Below, one piece after another: positions 39,764-48,752 of a DNA stretch of 57,741 nt. The notes under the pieces were generated by a model. The model worked only from the letters and a program-made list of their open reading frames with translations. It made no database searches and was not told the DNA's origin. The translations under genes were made by a program, and so were the position numbers. Each line of letters starts with the position of its first letter. The first letter of the stretch is position 1. The DNA comes from a virus (lineage: Duplodnaviria; Caudoviricetes), in the IMG/VR virus record IMGVR_UViG_3300042516_002128, positions 1 to 57,741 of that record; one strand, given 5' to 3'.

Positions 39764-39780
39764 CTTAAAAAATATACATA

Positions 39781-42678
39781 ATGAAAGAAATTATTTCGCA
39801 AGAAGTTATTGAAAACTTCTTAAATGGTTGGGACCCTGAAGAATATATAGTAGGGGTTGAGTATGATTACCGAACCAACAAAATCTACAAAGTCATTCAA
39901 GACCCTGATAGGGGTAAAATCGTTAAACCTGACACCTTTACACCATTTTTATGGGTTGGTGACCTAACTGAATTTAATTTTTACCAAAGTAATAAAACAC
40001 TCCAAAAGAAAAAAATGGGTGAATATGGTATCATAATTGAAAAATTAAGAACAGAAGGAAATACTCGATTAGAAAATGGACAAACCTTTTTGGTTAAAAG
40101 TTTAAAAGGTTATACAGAACTTATTAACTTTTTTAAAGAGGGTGGAATTGACCCATGGGGTGATAAATTTAAATCATCTTTTACAATATTAAACCCTGTT
40201 GAACAGTATCTTATACAAAAAAAGAAAAGACTTTTTAAAGGTATTGAAGATTATTCCGGTGTTAATCGATTTGTATTTGATATCGAGACCACGGGTTTAG
40301 ACCCATTAACCTGTAATATTATATTGATTGGGGTTAAGGATAACCGTGGTTTAGAAAAGACAATCCCCGCATTTGGTGAGGACGGTGAAAAGAAATGTAT
40401 CGAGGAATTCTTCAACATAATAAAAGAAAAGAAACCAACAATTATTGGTGGTTATAACTCCGCATTTTTTGATTGGCCGTTTATCTTAAAGCGAGCAGAA
40501 ATATTGGGTGTTAATACTAAGGAATTAACTCAAATATTTACAAAACAAGGAATTAGAGAGAAGAAAGGTATGTTGAAACTTGCAAACGAGCAAGAAGAAT
40601 ACATTCAACACAATATATGGGGATTCAATATTATAGATATTGCCCATTCTGTTCGTAGAGCTCAAGCAATTAATTCCGAAATTAAATCTTGGGGTTTGAA
40701 ATATATCACCAAGTACTTAGAAAAAGAAAAACCTAATCGTGTTTATGTGGACGGTGCATGGATTTCAAAAATATATTTGGATAATGAATTATATTATGTA
40801 AACCCAAAAACAGGTAACTACAAGAAGATTGGTGAACCGGGAACTGATAATTTATTAGAGAAATATCCTGGTAAATTTGAAATATGGTCGGGTAGTAAAA
40901 TTGTTGAACAATATCTTGATGATGACTTGTATGAAACTATGATTGTTGATGATTCTTTTAGTCAATCGACATTTTTGATTTCAAAACTTGTACCAACAAC
41001 ATATGAGAGAATTGCAACAATGGGTACGGCTACTTTATGGAAAATTATCATGTTAGCTTGGTCATATGAAAACAATTTAGCCGTTCCCGCAAAAGACTCT
41101 AAACGACCATTCACAGGTGGTTTATCTCGTTTATTAACTGTGGGTTATGCTAAGAACATTGTTAAGTTTGACTATTCGTCACTTTATCCATCGATACAGT
41201 TAGTGTATGATATTTTCCCCGATTGTGATATCATGGGTGTACAGAAATCGATGTTGAAGTATTTCCGTAACATTCGTATAAAATATAAACATTTGGCTGG
41301 TGAACTAAAAGATAGTGACCCAGTTCAGGCGGAAATGTACGACCGTAAACAATTACCAATTAAAATCTTTATCAACGCTTATTTTGGTTCATTGTCTGCA
41401 CCACACGTATTTCCGTGGGGTGAAATGGATTCAGGTGAAACCATTACATGTATTGGTCGTCAATGTCTTCGTATGATGATTATGTTCTTTGAAAAGAAAG
41501 GTTATAAACCACTTGTAATGGATACGGACGGTGTGAATTTTGAGACTCCTGATAATATAAACGATACTGTTTATGTTGGTAAGGGGTACAATGAATTGGT
41601 TATAACAGGTAAAGAATATAGAGGAATTGAAGCGGATACCGCAGAATTCAATGACATATTCATGAGAAATGAAATGGGTCTTGATATTGATTATACCGCA
41701 CCGGCTTGTATTAATGTATCAAGAAAAAACTACATCATTAAATTGATGAAGAAAGGAAAAGAAAAAATCAAATTAACGGGTAATACTATTAAGTCTAAAA
41801 AACTACAACAATATATTGTTGAATTCTTGGACGAAGGATTTAAATACCTATTAAATGGTGACGGTATATCATTTGTTGAATTGTATTTCCAATATGTTGA
41901 GAAGATTTATAATAAACAGATTCCATTATCGAAAATTGCAAACAAATCTCGTGTTAAACAATCTGTTGAGGATTATAAGAAACATATACAGAAAGTAACG
42001 AAAGCTGGGTCATTAATGTCAAGACAAGCCCACATGGAATTGATTTTACAAAATAACTATAATGCAGGTCTTGGTGAAACAATCTATTATATTAATAACG
42101 GAACTAAGAAGTCTTCAGGGGATGTTCAGAAAATAAGTAAACCAACAAAAAAACAACAAGAGGAATATTATAATACACATGGTAAATCAATGCCAAACAA
42201 TTATTTAGAGATTAGTTGTTATATGATTTCTGAAAAAGAATTAAATGAAAATCCCAATATGACTGGTGATTATAACGTACCAAGATATTTGAGTAATTTT
42301 AATAAACGTATTGAACCTTTATTGGTTGTGTTTAGTCCCGAAATTCGTAATGATATTTTAGTTGAAAAACCAGAAGATAGACAGTACTTTACAAGTAAAC
42401 AATGTGAATTAGTTAATGGGTTTCCAATAAGTGAAGATGGTCAGGATAAATATGATGAGGTAATGACACTATCGGATAGTGAAGTTATATTTTGGAATAA
42501 AATTAAAAGAGACCCATTCTTTATGTACGTTGATAATAGTATCGAATTAGTTGATAAAAATTGGGTTGATTACAACCGTAAAGTATTGTTATCACAAGAA
42601 AAAAGTACTATCAGTAATGAAGATGAAATAATCAAAACAGATAATGTCGATTACGCTTATCACGCGATTGAAATGTAA
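39781..42678 (+). CDS. Family B DNA polymerase
   Basis: ExoI FDIETT, ExoII YNSAFFDW, DYSSLYPS, KIFINAYFG, MDTDG, RKNY. Confidence 0.95.
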   Translation: MKEIISQEVIENFLNGWDPEEYIVGVEYDYRTNKIYKVIQDPDRGKIVKPDTFTPFLWVGDLTEFNFYQSNKTLQKKKMGEYGIIIEKLRTEGNTRLENGQTFLVKSLKGYTELINFFKEGGIDPWGDKFKSSFTILNPVEQYLIQKKKRLFKGIEDYSGVNRFVFDIETTGLDPLTCNIILIGVKDNRGLEKTIPAFGEDGEKKCIEEFFNIIKEKKPTIIGGYNSAFFDWPFILKRAEILGVNTKELTQIFTKQGIREKKGMLKLANEQEEYIQHNIWGFNIIDIAHSVRRAQAINSEIKSWGLKYITKYLEKEKPNRVYVDGAWISKIYLDNELYYVNPKTGNYKKIGEPGTDNLLEKYPGKFEIWSGSKIVEQYLDDDLYETMIVDDSFSQSTFLISKLVPTTYERIATMGTATLWKIIMLAWSYENNLAVPAKDSKRPFTGGLSRLLTVGYAKNIVKFDYSSLYPSIQLVYDIFPDCDIMGVQKSMLKYFRNIRIKYKHLAGELKDSDPVQAEMYDRKQLPIKIFINAYFGSLSAPHVFPWGEMDSGETITCIGRQCLRMMIMFFEKKGYKPLVMDTDGVNFETPDNINDTVYVGKGYNELVITGKEYRGIEADTAEFNDIFMRNEMGLDIDYTAPACINVSRKNYIIKLMKKGKEKIKLTGNTIKSKKLQQYIVEFLDEGFKYLLNGDGISFVELYFQYVEKIYNKQIPLSKIANKSRVKQSVEDYKKHIQKVTKAGSLMSRQAHMELILQNNYNAGLGETIYYINNGTKKSSGDVQKISKPTKKQQEEYYNTHGKSMPNNYLEISCYMISEKELNENPNMTGDYNVPRYLSNFNKRIEPLLVVFSPEIRNDILVEKPEDRQYFTSKQCELVNGFPISEDGQDKYDEVMTLSDSEVIFWNKIKRDPFFMYVDNSIELVDKNWVDYNRKVLLSQEKSTISNEDEIIKTDNVDYAYHAIEM

Positions 42679-43797
42679 TTAGATTACATTATACGGTGAT
42701 TGCATCGGTCTGTACTTTAAAGCTTTATTGAGATTCTCCGCCTCCATACCTTTTCTTTCGAGAACTTTATCGGGGCGGAGTCTTTCTAATCTTAACATTA
42801 ATTCTTCAACCAATTTTAATTTTTCATCTTTACCTTCTGTAAGTAATGATGAGTAATCCAATTTAACTTGACTATCGGGAACTTGTAAATCACCCGAGAA
42901 TTTACCCCAAATTCTTCCTAAACCTTCTTTAGAATATGCAATGAGATATTTTCTAACCCAGTTTTGTGCTGGTTTATTTAGGTCATCCCAAACTAATTGT
43001 TCGGTTTCAACATCTGAAGGTAATTTAATTATATCTTTATTTTTATCTAAACATGTATCTCTATCCATGGTATCATAATACCAATACCAAACCTGACTTC
43101 TATTATTTCGTATTGAACCAAAATCAAATTTACCGCCCGGTACATTATATAAGTGAATTACCTTAGTACTATTTGGTCCTGCGGTAATTCTATATGTTAA
43201 ATCACCACCAATTAACCTATTCTTCATATTTCTATCACCCATCCTTAATAAAAGGTCAAAAGCCGGCATCATAAAAAATGAACCCGCCGTTCCTTGTTGA
43301 GCGAATCCACCCACACCACCAAACGCAACACCACCCAATCCTCCAAAACCACCCAAAAATGGGTCAACTATTGAATCGGTTAACTCGGCTCTTGAAAACC
43401 ATAGAAGTTCATTTATTTCTCTACCAGCCGGTATAACGTAAGTTTGTGTATTTGCCGATAATTCAAAATAATCCTTTTTTAGTTCACTATTACCGCCCGT
43501 TTGTAAACCAACTATTTTTGAATATGCATGTGAGTATTGTGTTTCATAATCCAAACTTCTTGTTGTAAACGCTCTTGTTAATGACTGAGTATCAACATCA
43601 ATACCAATTAACGATGACCATTGTGATTCAATTAACCAATCACTCACATATTGTTCATACTCCGATAAAGACAATTCCAAAAATGTATCCATCTGTTCTT
43701 CAGTTAATTCAATACCTCTAACGGGTAGTCCTAATAAATGAAAAACCTGAGTATATAATTTTTGTTTTTGTGGGTTTGTTATAATAGTAGCTGACAT
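42679..43797 (-). CDS. Neck protein (T4 gp13-like)
   Basis: LGLPVRGIELTEEQ start; WVRKY..A.SKE.LGRIWGKF C-terminal motif. Confidence 0.75.
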   Translation of the reverse strand: MSATIITNPQKQKLYTQVFHLLGLPVRGIELTEEQMDTFLELSLSEYEQYVSDWLIESQWSSLIGIDVDTQSLTRAFTTRSLDYETQYSHAYSKIVGLQTGGNSELKKDYFELSANTQTYVIPAGREINELLWFSRAELTDSIVDPFLGGFGGLGGVAFGGVGGFAQQGTAGSFFMMPAFDLLLRMGDRNMKNRLIGGDLTYRITAGPNSTKVIHLYNVPGGKFDFGSIRNNRSQVWYWYYDTMDRDTCLDKNKDIIKLPSDVETEQLVWDDLNKPAQNWVRKYLIAYSKEGLGRIWGKFSGDLQVPDSQVKLDYSSLLTEGKDEKLKLVEELMLRLERLRPDKVLERKGMEAENLNKALKYRPMQSPYNVI

Positions 43798-43835
43798 ATT
43801 TGTTTTTATAAATAAATATCTGTATATTTTAGTTT

Positions 43836-44753
43836 ATGATGGATATTAAAGTAGACATAAGAGAAAGACTAAAAAATATTACCATAGACCCATTGTGTAA
43901 AACATCAGTAACAAGGGAGATTATGATGCAAATACAAAGAAATAATACTTTAAAATTAAGGATTTCAAGGGAAATTAATAGGATGTTAGAGGAATTATAT
44001 ACTCCATTAGGTTTGTGGGGTCAAAACCCACAATCATCAGATGAGGATTTTGGTGTGTTAGATAAAGATGGTAATTGGGGAATTCAAAATGTATTTGATA
44101 CAAACTATTCTTGCCAAGAGGTATTGTTTAATAGATGTAATTTATCAATTTTAAGATTATATAGAAAAAAAGGTATTGAAGATATTGAAATATCGGGTGA
44201 AACTTTTTCATATAGAAACCCAATAATTATTGATGATGAGACATTAAAAGATGAAAAAGAAACACTACGTAGAATAAATAAATTATTAATTTTAATTGAT
44301 AACTATAAAAATAAAATATTTTTACCCGGTAGTGAGATATTTGACATTTTAATTAATATGTGTTCAAATACAATGTCAAGAGGAGACGAAACCCAAAAAT
44401 TCTATGTTGATAACATATATGATTTCTTTGATGATATTGTTGAGGTTAAAGCATTAGGTGGTCTTGGTAATTATGATGATAGAAAAAAGGGTATTGATGT
44501 TTGGACAAAACATGGTGATGATAAAGTACTAAAACACCAAATAAAAGGTACGTGTGACTTAACATCAGTTAATGGTGGTTATTTGGTTAATTCAGCACTA
44601 AGTCAAACATCTAAATGTGATTTATACGTTTTTGTTTGTGAAGATTATAGAATTCTTATATTAAAGAATAATAAATATGAAATGGAATGGACTAAAGATG
44701 GAGTGTTCTTTCCAATAACCTTAAAAGTTAATGAAAAATTTTATACCCAATAA
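43836..44753 (+). CDS. Hypothetical protein with C-terminal PD-(D/E)XK nuclease-like motif
   Basis: RGDETQ...DDRKKGIDVW...HQIK. Confidence 0.5.
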   Translation: MMDIKVDIRERLKNITIDPLCKTSVTREIMMQIQRNNTLKLRISREINRMLEELYTPLGLWGQNPQSSDEDFGVLDKDGNWGIQNVFDTNYSCQEVLFNRCNLSILRLYRKKGIEDIEISGETFSYRNPIIIDDETLKDEKETLRRINKLLILIDNYKNKIFLPGSEIFDILINMCSNTMSRGDETQKFYVDNIYDFFDDIVEVKALGGLGNYDDRKKGIDVWTKHGDDKVLKHQIKGTCDLTSVNGGYLVNSALSQTSKCDLYVFVCEDYRILILKNNKYEMEWTKDGVFFPITLKVNEKFYTQ

Positions 44754-44949
44754 ATTAAACGAAATTTTAATATTGTCTTCAAAAAACAATATGGAATTTG
44801 TATATCAAAAAGAAGGTGAAGAAAACTTTATTAAATTTTCAATAGAACCTGAAAGAAAAATAACGGTTAATATTGTAAATGAAAAAGATAAAAATTTAAA
44901 AAAGTTAATTAACCAAAAACTTGAGGAATTAAACCAACTCTTTAAGTAG
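44731..44949 (+). CDS. Small hypothetical protein
   Basis: 72 aa, overlaps the upstream gene. Confidence 0.55.
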   Translation: MKNFIPNKLNEILILSSKNNMEFVYQKEGEENFIKFSIEPERKITVNIVNEKDKNLKKLINQKLEELNQLFK

Positions 44950-46683
44950 TGACGTTGCGAAACTCTCTGAAAAATCACCGTCACCCATTACTTGGTCAAT
45001 AATATTCTTCTTCTTATTTAAGATGTTATATACAATTTTCTCCATTGTGTTTTCAAATATCGGATAGTAAACTATTACATTTTTCTTTTGTCCATATCTA
45101 AACGCTCTATCTTCTGCTTGACTATGATGAGCAGGAACAAACGATAAGTCGTTCATAATTACAACTTCAGCTGCGGTTAATGTAATCCCAACACCACCAG
45201 CAATAATGTTTGAAATAAAAATCTTTATTTTATCTTCATTCTGAAATCTATCAACACTCTGTTGTCTTTTTTCTTTTGACATTCTACCGTCAAGAACAAC
45301 CGAATTCTTTTTGTATTTTTCATGTAACATATCAAGGGTCATTGTGAAGTTTGTAAATACAATAACCTTTTTACCTTGTTCTAAACATCTATCAATAATT
45401 TCTGAAGTGTACTCCACTTTTTCATATGCGATAACCTGTCTAACCTTCATTAGACGATTAATGGTTATACTTATTGATTCTTTATTTTTATTGTCATTAG
45501 TAATCCTCATGAAGTCTTCCAATTCTTCATCATAGAAGGTACTTTTTAAATCTAAAAATATTGGAGTAATGATTTTATCAGGTAAATCTAATATGTCCGT
45601 TTTCATTCTTCTAAGAACAAGGTTTTTAGTTCTGTCTCTTAGTTCATCTAAATTAGTGGCTCCACCCGTATTCCAAATCTTTTTACCATTAACAGTAAAT
45701 TGATATCCTCCACAGTATCTTTTTACATATGTCTGCCAATTTAACGCAATAGGTGATTGAACAATTTTAAGAATGTTGTAATAGTTTATCGGTCTCGATG
45801 TCATCGGTGTCCCCGTTAATAACCAAACCTTGGGTATTTTATCAACAATATCATTAATTAATTTAGTTCTTTGTGCGGTTGGGTTTGAAATATAATGAGC
45901 CTCATCAATAATAACTAAATCAAATTTTTCTTTAAGTATCGGTTGACGGATTTCTTCACCCAATGCAACTGATTCCATTGAATGGTAATTTTTAATTATA
46001 TCGTAATTTATAATGTAATAATCAAAAGTCGAACCCCATTTTTTACCTTCAACTATTAATGTTTTTTTATCAGAATAGTTTTCAATCTCTCTTTGCCAGT
46101 TAATCTTTAAAGAAGCGGGACAAATAATAAGAACCTTCTTTGCTCCACTTTCCATGGATGCAATGATTGCGGATGTTGTTTTACCAAGACCCATATCATC
46201 AGCAAGGATATATCTATCGTTCGCTAATAATTTTTCAATGGCCACTTTTTGGTGTTCCATTGGTGGTCTCTTTGAATATGGAGAATAATCAACTTCTCTA
46301 TTTAATTTTTTTTCTTCTTGAATTATGGATGATTTGGGTATCCACATTGTGTAATTTTTTTCACTATCGGTTACTCTACCCCAAATATGATATGCCTTAT
46401 CACTCTCACATAATAATTTTTCACACCATACTTTTTCCGGTACTTTTGGAAGATGTTTATCCTCCATTAATTTTTCACCAAAATTTGATGCAACGTTGAT
46501 ATACTTTTTTGCAACACGAGGTATTACCTCATGGTACTTAATCACGTATTCAGCTTGTGGACGAGTTAACTTAAAATTCTTAACTTCTAAAAACTTTTTT
46601 TTGAATTCTAATAACTGATTATTAAAACCCTCATAGTTTGCTAATATGTCCCTCGCCTCTATTTCAGGTATGGTACTTTGCAT
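44929..46683 (-). CDS. SNF2-family (SMARCAL1/HARP-like) helicase
   Basis: LADDMGLGKT, IIDEAH, LTGTP, GVGITLT, QAEDRAFRYGQ. Confidence 0.93.
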   Translation of the reverse strand: MQSTIPEIEARDILANYEGFNNQLLEFKKKFLEVKNFKLTRPQAEYVIKYHEVIPRVAKKYINVASNFGEKLMEDKHLPKVPEKVWCEKLLCESDKAYHIWGRVTDSEKNYTMWIPKSSIIQEEKKLNREVDYSPYSKRPPMEHQKVAIEKLLANDRYILADDMGLGKTTSAIIASMESGAKKVLIICPASLKINWQREIENYSDKKTLIVEGKKWGSTFDYYIINYDIIKNYHSMESVALGEEIRQPILKEKFDLVIIDEAHYISNPTAQRTKLINDIVDKIPKVWLLTGTPMTSRPINYYNILKIVQSPIALNWQTYVKRYCGGYQFTVNGKKIWNTGGATNLDELRDRTKNLVLRRMKTDILDLPDKIITPIFLDLKSTFYDEELEDFMRITNDNKNKESISITINRLMKVRQVIAYEKVEYTSEIIDRCLEQGKKVIVFTNFTMTLDMLHEKYKKNSVVLDGRMSKEKRQQSVDRFQNEDKIKIFISNIIAGGVGITLTAAEVVIMNDLSFVPAHHSQAEDRAFRYGQKKNVIVYYPIFENTMEKIVYNILNKKKNIIDQVMGDGDFSESFATSLLKELV

Positions 46684-46733
46684 ATATTCCTAAATATAAC
46701 GAAATAGAATCAAAAATGGAACTATTTATTGGT

Positions 46734-47246
46734 ATGAATAATAAATTACCAATTACGAGAATAAGTAAATTTTTCTCCCAAGACGACTTTGATTTAAATG
46801 TTAGAATGGGTGAGGAATACTTACACGGTGATTTAGGTATGAAATTGGTATTATTTAGGGTTGATAGACAAAAAACCGATACCGATGAAGTCTATGGTGA
46901 AGTGGGTAAAGATGATATTAAATTTTTACCTCCTGTTGAATTTTTCGGATTGGTTAAAGTTGAGGAATCAAAAAATAACAGTTATACCAAAGGTTTAAAT
47001 AGATATTTGGAACCTGGTAATATGACAATATCGGTTTACCTAAACCATTTAGAAGAATTAAAAATAGATATTAGATATGGTGATTACATTGGTTATCCTG
47101 AATCTGAAGAGAAAATAAGATATTATACAGTTTCAAATGATGGTAAACTAACCGCAGATAATAAACACAATATGTTTGGTTATAAACCATTCTATAGAAC
47201 AATACTTTGTGTTCCGGCACAAGAAACAGAATTTAGAGGAATTTAA
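46734..47246 (+). CDS. Head-closure/neck protein (gp14-like)
   Basis: ATG 46734; D.VYGE motif; position before the gp15-like gene. Confidence 0.6.
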   Translation: MNNKLPITRISKFFSQDDFDLNVRMGEEYLHGDLGMKLVLFRVDRQKTDTDEVYGEVGKDDIKFLPPVEFFGLVKVEESKNNSYTKGLNRYLEPGNMTISVYLNHLEELKIDIRYGDYIGYPESEEKIRYYTVSNDGKLTADNKHNMFGYKPFYRTILCVPAQETEFRGI

Positions 47247-47248
47247 TT

Positions 47249-48436
47249 ATGGGATTACCTAAAAGAAAAAATAATATACAAGTTTACGGTAAAATCGAAA
47301 ATGAGGAGGGTTCTATCATTGGTAGAAGAAAAGAGTTATTGGAAAGAATAACAAAATCTGACACCTATTTACCCGATTCTGTTTTGCACGATGACCTTGA
47401 TTTGGGTATGCTTGATTTTGTTAAAGAAAACTTCAAAGTTGTATCTGACGGTAATCAAATCCCTATTATCCCTAAAATATTAACAATACAAAGATGGGGT
47501 GAATTTACAAATAATTGGACATTTTCGGATGATGATGGTAATATTAAATTACCATTTGTTGCCATAGTTAGAAAACCCGATGTTCAATTTGGAACAAATC
47601 CCGCAGTACAAAGAACAATTCCTGATAGAAGAGAATTTTTTTACGCTAGTGTTCCAACATGGGACGGTAATCAACTCGGTGCTGACATTTACAAAATACC
47701 ACAACCAATTGCAGTAGACATCACTTTTGATGTAACAATTGTTTGTACAAAATTTAGAGACATAAACAAATTTAATAAGGTTGTTTTACAAAAATTCTCA
47801 TCTCGCCAATCATATACGTCCGTAAAAGGTCATTACATACCCATAGTATTGGATAGAATCGAAGATAATACTCCAATGGATACTTTGGATGGTAGAAGGT
47901 TTTACATCCAAAATTACACCTTTACAATGTTAGGATTCCTAATTGATGAAGAGGAGTTTGAAGTTAAACCGGCAATCAATAGAATTTTAACTATGGTGGA
48001 GACTGATTTAAGGTCAAGTAGTACCCCAAGACCCGAAATTAATTTATCAATAACAAGTTCATATTCGAGGGGTTCAATTGTTTCACAATATTCTGTAGTA
48101 GCATCACGTAAAGTTGATAAAACAGTTGAGATTACATTTGACGATATATTAGGTCTCACAACCGGTGGTACAGTAACAATACCGGTTAAATTATTTATAG
48201 AACCTAAACAAATTTCAGGAACTACTGAATATACGGTTGATGGTGTTTATTCAAATTTAAATCTAACAAATACTTTTAGTGGATTAACGGTCAACACAAT
48301 AGGTAGAAGTAATTTTGATTTTAACACGACTAACACATCTATATTTCAACATATTCCAACCCCAACACCAACTATTACCCCAACACTAACTATTACCCCA
48401 ACTCCAACTATTACCCCAACTCCAAGTAGTCCTTAA
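47249..48436 (+). CDS. Tail terminator/sheath stabiliser (gp15-like) with C-terminal extension and Pro-Thr tail
   Basis: LPFVAIVR, PIAVDITFDVTI, YTFTMLG; ends PTPTPTITPTLTITPTPTITPTPSSP. Confidence 0.65.
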   Translation: MGLPKRKNNIQVYGKIENEEGSIIGRRKELLERITKSDTYLPDSVLHDDLDLGMLDFVKENFKVVSDGNQIPIIPKILTIQRWGEFTNNWTFSDDDGNIKLPFVAIVRKPDVQFGTNPAVQRTIPDRREFFYASVPTWDGNQLGADIYKIPQPIAVDITFDVTIVCTKFRDINKFNKVVLQKFSSRQSYTSVKGHYIPIVLDRIEDNTPMDTLDGRRFYIQNYTFTMLGFLIDEEEFEVKPAINRILTMVETDLRSSSTPRPEINLSITSSYSRGSIVSQYSVVASRKVDKTVEITFDDILGLTTGGTVTIPVKLFIEPKQISGTTEYTVDGVYSNLNLTNTFSGLTVNTIGRSNFDFNTTNTSIFQHIPTPTPTITPTLTITPTPTITPTPSSP

Positions 48437-48439
48437 AAA

Positions 48440-48616
48440 TTAATCTCCGTAGATATCTTTTTTCTTTGGTATTTCAATGGATTTATCTTCTTTACAAGTT
48501 TCATCAATCCACTTCTGAACAATTTTATAAATTTTTAATCCTTTTTTATCGCAATATTCTTTTAACATCTTGTGATGTTTCTCACTAACCTTGATGTTTT
48601 TGGTGGTATTTTCCAT
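48440..48616 (-). CDS. Small ribbon-helix-helix-like DNA-binding protein
   Basis: KNIKVSEKHHKMLKEYCDKKGLKIYKIVQKWI. Confidence 0.65.
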   Translation of the reverse strand: MENTTKNIKVSEKHHKMLKEYCDKKGLKIYKIVQKWIDETCKEDKSIEIPKKKDIYGD

Positions 48617-48752
48617 GATAAAGATAAATATTGACACTAAAAGATAAATTAGTGTCTATAAGTATATTTTTTCAAAAAATCAAGTAAATCTTTGCTAAAA
48701 ACAAAGATATTTATAGAAAAGTAATAAAATAAATTAACCAAACAAGAAAAAA

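Noticed and set aside
39781-42678. Intein or intron in the long PolB (also considered for TerL and capsid genes)
   Set aside because: ORFs are continuous; no C...HN splice motifs or LAGLIDADG/HNH blocks were recognised.
46638-46733. Longer ORF-track start for the gp14-like gene (similar cases at 477, 9844, 14045)
   Set aside because: These extensions overlap neighbours or promoter motifs; downstream ATGs fit better.
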